NCBI GenBank assembly: GCA_963807605.1
Contig: CAWECG010000001.1
Span: 64,001 to 128,000, forward strand
DNA: 64,000 bases
Source: Candidatus Bathyarchaeota archaeon
Lineage (GTDB): Archaea; Thermoproteota; Bathyarchaeia; 40CM-2-53-6; RBG-13-38-9
Reading direction: 5' to 3'
This document shows positions 57,364 through 64,000 of this stretch, one piece after another. Every line of letters starts with the position of its first letter. Position 1 is the first letter of the stretch. The position numbers were made by a program, and so were the translations under genes. The notes below the pieces were generated by a model. The model had not been told where the DNA came from and searched no databases. It saw only the letters and a program-made list of their open reading frames with translations.

Positions 57364-58632
57364 ATGAGAACTTCACAGCTTGCAGGATTCTACAAGCTCT
57401 CTCCAGCTGAACGGTTGAAACTCCTTGAAGAATTTGCTGATCTGGCTGGAGATGAAGCACAAACCCTTCAATCCACAGGCTCACTCGACATTAATGTTGC
57501 AAACCGGATGATTGAAAATGTCGTCGGAGTCACTCCCGTGCCTCTAGGTATCGCCACAAATTTTCTCATAAATGGAAGGGATTACCTTATTCCGATGGCG
57601 ATCGAAGAACCTTCTGTTGTAGCTGCAGCGAGCAATGCCGCAAAGATTGCTAGGCCGAAAGGTGGATTCACCGCGAGCAGTGCTCAACCCGTGATGATCG
57701 GTCAAATACAGGTCCTCAACATTCCCGATCCCCACGGGGCAAGAATGGTCCTACTCTCTCGTAAGGAGGAGATCTTGACTAAAGCGAACGAACAAGACCC
57801 GATCTTGGTATCGAAGGGTGGCGGGGCAAAAGACCTTCGATGTAAGGTTCTCAACACGATTGTCGGACAAATGGTCGTTGTTGAGCTTCTAGTAGACTGC
57901 AAAGATGCAATGGGTGCCAATGCTGTCAACACCATGGCCGAAGCTGTAGCTCCAACGGTTGAAGAGCTGACTGAAGGAAAAGTAAACCTCAGGATCATCT
58001 CCAACTTGGCAACAGAGAGGCTTGCGCGTGCAAAAGCAACCTTCTCAAAGTCTGCACTTGGAGGTGAGCAGGTTGTAGATGGCGTAGTAAACGCCTACGC
58101 GTTCGCATTAGCAGATCCATATCGTTGCGCGACTCACAACAAGGGAATAATGAACGGAATTTCGGCAGTTGTATTGGCGACCGGAAACGATACTAGAGCT
58201 GTCGAGGCAGGTGCGCACAGCTACGCAGCGCTACACGGCGGCTATACCCCGCTTAGTACGTGGGAGAAGAACCATGAGGGAGACCTTGTCGGTACTATCG
58301 AGATGCCCATGGCGGTCGGACTTATTGGAGGCGCGACAGCCACAAACCCTGTAGCGAAGATCGCTGTCAAGATCCTAGGTGTAAGGACAGCGGCCGAACT
58401 TGCCCAAGTTGTTGTGTCCGTTGGTCTTGCACAGAACCTCGCCGCTCTGAGAGCGCTAGCGACTGAAGGAATACAGAGAGGCCATATGACTCTCCATGCA
58501 AGAAACATAGCTTCGATGGCGGGCGCTACCGGCGAGATGATAGACGCGGTCTCCGAGATCATGGTCAAGGAGAGACGGGTCAGAATGGACAGAGCCAAGG
58601 AAATCCTTGAAGAAATAACACGCAAGAAGTGA
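57364..58632 (+). CDS. hmgA: HMG-CoA reductase, class II
   Basis: ENVVG, EEPSVVAA, DAMGAN, THNKGIMNG, GIQRGHM. Confidence 0.95.
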   Translation: MRTSQLAGFYKLSPAERLKLLEEFADLAGDEAQTLQSTGSLDINVANRMIENVVGVTPVPLGIATNFLINGRDYLIPMAIEEPSVVAAASNAAKIARPKGGFTASSAQPVMIGQIQVLNIPDPHGARMVLLSRKEEILTKANEQDPILVSKGGGAKDLRCKVLNTIVGQMVVVELLVDCKDAMGANAVNTMAEAVAPTVEELTEGKVNLRIISNLATERLARAKATFSKSALGGEQVVDGVVNAYAFALADPYRCATHNKGIMNGISAVVLATGNDTRAVEAGAHSYAALHGGYTPLSTWEKNHEGDLVGTIEMPMAVGLIGGATATNPVAKIAVKILGVRTAAELAQVVVSVGLAQNLAALRALATEGIQRGHMTLHARNIASMAGATGEMIDAVSEIMVKERRVRMDRAKEILEEITRKK

Positions 58633-58662
58633 CACTCATATTTGTTATGAAGCTAACCGGCT

Positions 58663-59616
58663 TCACATGTCTCCAACAATGCCCGCTACAAAAGCAAGCA
58701 GACCGAAGCACATCCAGATCAAGACCCTGTTCTTCGATAGTCTGGCGTTACGTTGGTCATATCTTCTAATCAATGAGAAGCTGGAAGTGACGAATCCTAT
58801 GTCAGAGACTGCGACCGGTGGGATGTATCCTATTTTGACCAGTCCCAGCGCTGGTGGTGCGAAACTCATGCTAACTGCGGCCAGGTAAAGCACTGCAGCT
58901 AGCCGAGAGGCGGTTTTGGGACCGTAGACAACAGCAATTGTATTGACCTTTCTTGAACGATCCCCTTCCACATCCACTATGCCCTTCGTCACCTCCCTGC
59001 CGAGATTGGCCGTGAAAGAGTTCAAGGCGAAGAGGATGAGAAGGGGAGCCATCTTTCCTACAACTGCTCCGCCAAATATGAAAGGAAGGCCGATGCATAC
59101 GCTTACAAGCACATTCCCGAAGAAGCCTGTCCTCTTCCCGCGGGTGTTGTAGTAGATCATTAGAGAAAGTGCGAAGGCAGCTATTATCCAGCTACTCACA
59201 TTAAGCCATGCCGCAGTCGCTAAGCCGACTGAACAGGCAATCAAACTTATGGCTAAAACCTCTCGCGAGGTGAGAGTTCCAGATGGCAGCGGCCTTCTTG
59301 GACTATTGATCCTATCTATTTCAAGATCGTAGTAATCATTCATCGCCATTGTTCCGGCCATCAAGAAAAAGCCGGTTAGGAAACCTAAAGCAGAGCTGCC
59401 CAACTGAGGGGCTTCCGCCAGCGCGATGACTTCTCCGATAATTACTGCAAGGCCCATCATGACGCAGTTGATTGGCCTGATTATTTTGAGAGCGGCGATT
59501 GACTTCAAGAACCATGTCCTATCAGAAATAGGAATAAGTGGTGGCTTGGCCAATGTTTGGATGCAACCTAGTGCTGGCTTGAATAAAGTATCAATGGCTC
59601 TATAAGACTGATCCAT
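58663..59616 (-). CDS. Digeranylgeranylglyceryl phosphate synthase (UbiA family)
   Basis: RPIN, NDYYD..ID.IN.P.RPLPSG, REVTKG..D.EGD; true start probably near 59508. Confidence 0.92.
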   Translation of the reverse strand: MDQSYRAIDTLFKPALGCIQTLAKPPLIPISDRTWFLKSIAALKIIRPINCVMMGLAVIIGEVIALAEAPQLGSSALGFLTGFFLMAGTMAMNDYYDLEIDRINSPRRPLPSGTLTSREVLAISLIACSVGLATAAWLNVSSWIIAAFALSLMIYYNTRGKRTGFFGNVLVSVCIGLPFIFGGAVVGKMAPLLILFALNSFTANLGREVTKGIVDVEGDRSRKVNTIAVVYGPKTASRLAAVLYLAAVSMSFAPPALGLVKIGYIPPVAVSDIGFVTSSFSLIRRYDQRNARLSKNRVLIWMCFGLLAFVAGIVGDM

Positions 59617-59790
59617 CAGGTATTCGACACAGTTGTTCCAAATGATGGCAATTCTGCCTGAATGGATCGGGAAACAGATAAATGGGTTGAGTCTATGTGA
59701 GCAGGTTCATATGATTATGGATGGTGATTCAACGGTTGAGTTTCTGGAATTCTAATAAGTGTGAAGACGTCAATAATTGGTGAATCATCA

Positions 59791-60537
59791 ATGATAGGCA
59801 AGACTGAAAAGCGTCTCATGGATGCCGTTGCGACAAACGGTACTATTCATCTATCTTTGATAGATCCCCAAAACCTCACGTCGGAAGCGGCAGGGGAGCT
59901 CGCAATCAAACTCCATGATTTAGGATCCTCTGGGATTATAGTTGGGGGAAGCACTGTTGTCTCTCAACGCGAACTCGATCAAGTTGTGAAAGAGATTAAG
60001 AAAAAGACAAATCTTCCAACGATTCTTTTTCCGAATGGCATAACGGGGATTAGTGAGTATGCGGATGCTATATTCTTTTCAACATTGATGAACTCCTTCA
60101 ATCCCTACTATATAATGGGCGTCCAAGCGCTCGGTGCTCCCTTGGTAAAACGCTACCGCTTGGAGCCAATACCGATGGGATACATAATAGTGGGTTCGGA
60201 TTCAGGCGCAGCAGGATTTGTGGGCCAAGCTTTACCAATACCGCGAGACAAGCCTGAATTGGCATCGATGTATGCGATGGCGGCAGAGTTCCTTGGCATG
60301 CGTTTCGTATATCTTGAGGCTGGCTCAGGATCGGATAGGTCAGTGCCCACAGATATGATCAGACAGGTAAGGAAGTCTACAGGTGTCAAATTGATTGTGG
60401 GGGGAGGAATAAGAACTCCCGAACAAGTACAGGAGATTGCCGGAGCTGGCGCCGACCTTATTGTTACTGGAACAGTAATTGAGCAGTCTTCTATCGAGGA
60501 TACTGGAAAACTCATTGCAAGCCTTCGCAGACGCTAA
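59791..60537 (+). CDS. Geranylgeranylglyceryl phosphate synthase
   Basis: LIDP, VGGS, LFP, YLEAGSG, VGGGIR; GGTGA RBS before ATG 59791. Confidence 0.95.
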   Translation: MIGKTEKRLMDAVATNGTIHLSLIDPQNLTSEAAGELAIKLHDLGSSGIIVGGSTVVSQRELDQVVKEIKKKTNLPTILFPNGITGISEYADAIFFSTLMNSFNPYYIMGVQALGAPLVKRYRLEPIPMGYIIVGSDSGAAGFVGQALPIPRDKPELASMYAMAAEFLGMRFVYLEAGSGSDRSVPTDMIRQVRKSTGVKLIVGGGIRTPEQVQEIAGAGADLIVTGTVIEQSSIEDTGKLIASLRRR

Positions 60538-60592
60538 ACGGGCTCCGAGGCCATTCTTCTTGCATCATCGCAGCTTTTTGTTTACAAGCAAG

Positions 60593-62374
60593 ATGCTACC
60601 TTACTATAAGCTTGTTCGCTCTCTAACCTTTCCGTCGACATCAAAAATCCTCAGTCTTCTTTTTGGTGTCAGCCTAGTTGGGTCTGTGTTAGCATTTACT
60701 CTGGCGGGTAGGAGTTGGGAGGCCGCCGCCCAAGGTTTGGCCTTTGGTTTCATTGTGCTCTTTTTGCCCGCAATCATCACAGATGCGATTTCCTCAATAT
60801 TGTTACTTAGAGATGATCCGCTATTCTACCTCCGGAGATGTTTTGCTTTATCGCTATTCTCCTGCGCCTTATGGATACTAATAATGTGCCTCGGAGGAGT
60901 CGTAAGAAACATTTCCACGGGTTTAGATTTCCCACAACAACCTTTCTTCCTAGCATTGTTCACAGTAATGCCGCTTAGATCATTGGCAGTCACTTCGATG
61001 TCATCCAAGAGAATATCTAACAAAATTCTCTTCGCATTCTTTCAGCCTTTTGCATTCTCACTAGCGGCCATCCTCCTCCTAAATTTGGATGTATCCATCT
61101 TTGTGAAGAGCTTCTGTGCTGCTACGGTATTGTCGTTGGTACCCTTGCTTCTGCTCCTGCGATTCATTGAATCTAGAGGCCACAGGATGGTCGGAGCATC
61201 TCCGTTACGTGTCTTTAGAGCATTCTTAGTTGATTGGCTAAGCAGGAAAAATGAGCTGTTCGAGAGCTTCTTGGAGGAAATCGGATCTGAAGGTAAGGTC
61301 GAAATAACATTGATGAAGTTTCATAGAAAAAAGAGTGGCCAACCTAAAGCTTTGATTGCAGTATCTGATTTTCACCCAGGGCCATTTCTAAATGTCGGCA
61401 GCAGCGAACTCCCCTATCTGATCCAGAGAAATCTAGAGAACAAGAAGGGGCTAGTTGTAGCTGTACCTCACGGTATCTCTGGACATGAGCATAATCTAGT
61501 CTCCCAAGCTCAGAATTCTAAAGTCATTTCAGCAATAATCTCGCTTCTTGAAAATTCTGATTTGAGTAGTAATGCATCAGCTTTCAATGGATTTGAGGTC
61601 GGGTCGGCTAAGGTTGGCGCTCAAGTTTTTGGAGAATGCTTGCTGCTTACACTTACCCAATCGCCTAGAGATATGGAAGACATACCATTTCAATTAGGAA
61701 AGGATCTCGAACAACTTGCCAAAAAGAGATTCAAATATGTAGCGATAGTCGACTCGCACAACTCTATAGCTGAAGCCAGAATGTTTACTGAACAGGAAAT
61801 CGAGAATCTGAGATCAGCCGCATCTCAAGCCATCGAATCTCTTGCTGCGTCAAGAACTGACACGTTTGAAATGGGCGCTGCAAAGAGCATCCTTAGAGGA
61901 TTCGGCCCTGAGGATGGAATAGGCCCGGGGGGTATTATCGCATTTGTATTCAAGACCTCGGATCGACTCACCGCGTATGTGACTGTAGATGCAAACAATA
62001 TGGCTCCTGGCTTGAGGGAGAAGATCATTTCCTCTTTGAAAAGTATCGGCATCACAGGTGGCGAGATAATGACTACTGACACTCACGTCGTCAATGGTCT
62101 TGTGCCTGCAAGGCTTGGATATCATCCTCTGGGAGACGCTGTAAGCCAAGACATTGTCATCGAAACAATAAGAGAGACAGTCAAGAAGGCTAAGGAGGAT
62201 CTCGAAGAAGCGCGTGTTTCATCGTCCTCGATCATTACAGAGGTAAGAAGTCTAGGCTCGCAGTCTCTTGAAAATTTAATATCCTTCATGTATGGTGTCG
62301 CAAAGCTTGTAGCGACCTACATGGTAATCGTGTTTGCAGTCTCAAACCTTGTAGGCTTGGCACTCGTGCCATAG
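60593..62374 (+). CDS. DUF2070 family membrane protein
   Basis: N-terminal TM bundle, HPGPF..VGSS.LP, PHG...H, DSHN, D.NN, TTDTH; start uncertain. Confidence 0.88.
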   Translation: MLPYYKLVRSLTFPSTSKILSLLFGVSLVGSVLAFTLAGRSWEAAAQGLAFGFIVLFLPAIITDAISSILLLRDDPLFYLRRCFALSLFSCALWILIMCLGGVVRNISTGLDFPQQPFFLALFTVMPLRSLAVTSMSSKRISNKILFAFFQPFAFSLAAILLLNLDVSIFVKSFCAATVLSLVPLLLLLRFIESRGHRMVGASPLRVFRAFLVDWLSRKNELFESFLEEIGSEGKVEITLMKFHRKKSGQPKALIAVSDFHPGPFLNVGSSELPYLIQRNLENKKGLVVAVPHGISGHEHNLVSQAQNSKVISAIISLLENSDLSSNASAFNGFEVGSAKVGAQVFGECLLLTLTQSPRDMEDIPFQLGKDLEQLAKKRFKYVAIVDSHNSIAEARMFTEQEIENLRSAASQAIESLAASRTDTFEMGAAKSILRGFGPEDGIGPGGIIAFVFKTSDRLTAYVTVDANNMAPGLREKIISSLKSIGITGGEIMTTDTHVVNGLVPARLGYHPLGDAVSQDIVIETIRETVKKAKEDLEEARVSSSSIITEVRSLGSQSLENLISFMYGVAKLVATYMVIVFAVSNLVGLALVP

Positions 62375-62386
62375 GAGGTTAGTGTT

Positions 62387-63439
62387 TTGCCCCTTCATTA
62401 CATGCAACTCCCTCGTGAGGTGATCGTCGGGACCGACGTGATAGGATCTCTGGGCGAAGTATGCCAGAAACTTGGTTTCCAAGGAAGCGCTCTGATCATC
62501 ACGGGTCCAAGGATGATGGAATTAGCTCGCCGAGATGTTACGCGTTCACTCCAAGAAGCATCGCTCTCCACCGGATACTTGACGGTGGAAGATGCAACAA
62601 TAGAATACGTCAAGATGGCTGAGGAGGAGATCGACAAAGACCGCCCATCGGTTGTGATAGGGTTGGGCGGAGGGAAGGATATAGATATTGCAAAGTTATC
62701 ATCGGCCAGCAGGAAGATACCTTTCATCAGTGTTCCCACCACGGCCTCTCACGATGGAATAGCGAGTTCCCATGCCTCGATTAAAGGGCTCGATAAGCCA
62801 TACTCCCTCAGGGGTCAGGCGCCTCTTGCTATACTTGCTGATATCTCGGTCATTGCCAAATCACCGTACAGATTGATTGCGAGCGGTTGCGGAGACATCG
62901 TAGCGAAATATACGGCAGTAAGGGACTGGAGGCTAGCACGGAAGGTGAAAGGCGAGTATTACGGTGACTATGCCGCTGAACTGGCACTCATGAGCGCTAG
63001 GCTAGTGACGCGAAATGCCGGAACGTTAAGGAGTCTTGGCGAGGGAGCCGTCAGAACTGTCGTCGAGGCATTGATCAGCTGCGGGGTCGCAATAAGCATA
63101 GCTGGAAGCAGCAGGCCCTGTAGCGGGTCAGAGCATATGTTCAGCCATGCCTTAACTATGATAGCGCCAAAACCTGCACTTCATGGTGAGCAGTGTGGTG
63201 TTGGTGCAATAATGAGCGCCTATCTTCAGAAGGGCAATTGGAGGCTCATAAGAGAAGTATTGAGAAAGATCGGGGCTCCCACGAATTCTGACCAGTTGGA
63301 AATAGATGAAAGGTACATAGTAGAGGCCCTCACCATGATCCCTAAGGTTAGGCCTGAAAGATACACCATTTTCGGTGAGAAGGGCCTCACCATTCGTCAG
63401 GCTGAGAGGCTTGCAAAAAGATCGCGGGTCATATCTTAA
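62387..63439 (+). CDS. egsA: Glycerol-1-phosphate dehydrogenase
   Basis: GGG..ID, PTTASHDG, SRPCSGSEH..SH, HGEQCG. Confidence 0.96.
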   Translation: MPLHYMQLPREVIVGTDVIGSLGEVCQKLGFQGSALIITGPRMMELARRDVTRSLQEASLSTGYLTVEDATIEYVKMAEEEIDKDRPSVVIGLGGGKDIDIAKLSSASRKIPFISVPTTASHDGIASSHASIKGLDKPYSLRGQAPLAILADISVIAKSPYRLIASGCGDIVAKYTAVRDWRLARKVKGEYYGDYAAELALMSARLVTRNAGTLRSLGEGAVRTVVEALISCGVAISIAGSSRPCSGSEHMFSHALTMIAPKPALHGEQCGVGAIMSAYLQKGNWRLIREVLRKIGAPTNSDQLEIDERYIVEALTMIPKVRPERYTIFGEKGLTIRQAERLAKRSRVIS

Positions 63440-63469
63440 TTGTGCCTTGAGATTGATGCACAGATCGAG

Positions 63470-63694
63470 TCAGGTACTTGCCAAAGTCTCTGTACTTCTT
63501 ACGCCTTTCATTCCGTTTATCTGAGCGGTGATGGTCTTAAGTTCCTTGTACTCGGTGACCTCCATCAGCGCTACTATATCCCATCGTCCGTAAACCATGT
63601 AGGTCTTCCTGACTTGCTTGAACTTCTTCACTTCTGAAATCGTGTCCTCAATCCTTGTAGGGATAGTCTTGATCAAGACACAGGCGTTCAACAT
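63470..63694 (-). CDS. Lrp/AsnC ligand-binding (RAM) domain-only protein
   Basis: VYGRWDIVA, GV.STETL. Confidence 0.88.
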   Translation of the reverse strand: MLNACVLIKTIPTRIEDTISEVKKFKQVRKTYMVYGRWDIVALMEVTEYKELKTITAQINGMKGVRSTETLAST

Positions 63695-63936
63695 TACTTT
63701 CCACCCGCTGTCTTCATCTCAGGTAACGTCTCAGTGAATACAACGCCGCCGATCTTTCCCATCTTCGTGACTGTGGTTCCCAAGGTATCGTAGTCTGGAA
63801 CTTCGATATCCACGACTACATCATATCTTCCAAGAACAGCCATCACATTCCTTGTTTCTTTGAATTGTTTCATCCTCTCCACGACTTCGTCGAATCTTCC
63901 CCGTTCGGTTCTTATTAATATGCATGCGGAGATCAT
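63694..63936 (-). CDS. Lrp/AsnC ligand-binding (RAM) domain-only protein
   Basis: VLGRYDVVV, GV..TETL. Confidence 0.88.
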   Translation of the reverse strand: MISACILIRTERGRFDEVVERMKQFKETRNVMAVLGRYDVVVDIEVPDYDTLGTTVTKMGKIGGVVFTETLPEMKTAGGK

Positions 63937-64000
63937 GATTCCATCATCCGTATCGTGTGCTGAACGCGCTATAAAACCACTTTCCCCGGCAGCAATTTGC

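Noticed and set aside
59610-59668. Hairpin with ATGATG/CTGA K-turn-like motif between DGGGPS and GGGPS
   Set aside because: Short enough to arise by chance; no supporting conservation visible.
283-63637. Numerous 60-200 aa ORFs antisense or out of frame to recognised genes (e.g. 5249-5872, 15970-16458, 51912-52466)
   Set aside because: They overlap well-supported CDSs and have no motifs of their own.

Overview
Gene-dense archaeal chromosomal segment, most likely Bathyarchaeia or another TACK lineage. That assignment is inferred from gene content: CdvB/ESCRT-III-like domain, thaumarchaeal-type archaeosortase, grpE-dnaK-dnaJ, class II HMG-CoA reductase and frequent TTG starts. Most of the window is housekeeping: two paaK paralogs, PheRS/LeuRS/AlaRS/AspRS, the secE-spt5-L11-L1-P0-L12 cluster, the rpo3-L18e-L13-S9-rpo10-eno-S2 cluster, an archaeal lipid cluster (mvk, fni, hmgA, DGGGPS, GGGPS, DUF2070, egsA), and one TnpB-only IS200/IS605 element with IS608-like ends. 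The ORF track misses the most unusual signals. (1) A 31-nt bulge-helix-bulge (BHB) intron sits inside the carbamoyl-phosphate-binding motif of the protein-coding gene argF; removing it at the BHB-predicted sites restores the frame exactly. (2) A tRNA-Trp(CCA) gene is split by five BHB-type introns (10/11, 28/29, 37/38, 45/46, 59/60), one carrying a C/D-box guide. (3) A winged-helix is fused to an ESCRT-III/CdvB helical hairpin. (4) Three genes apparently start at ACG or CTG. Items 1 and 2 suggest a lineage in which splicing-endonuclease (EndA) introns have proliferated into tRNA and mRNA. All calls come from manual reading and recalled family motifs; no database searches were run.
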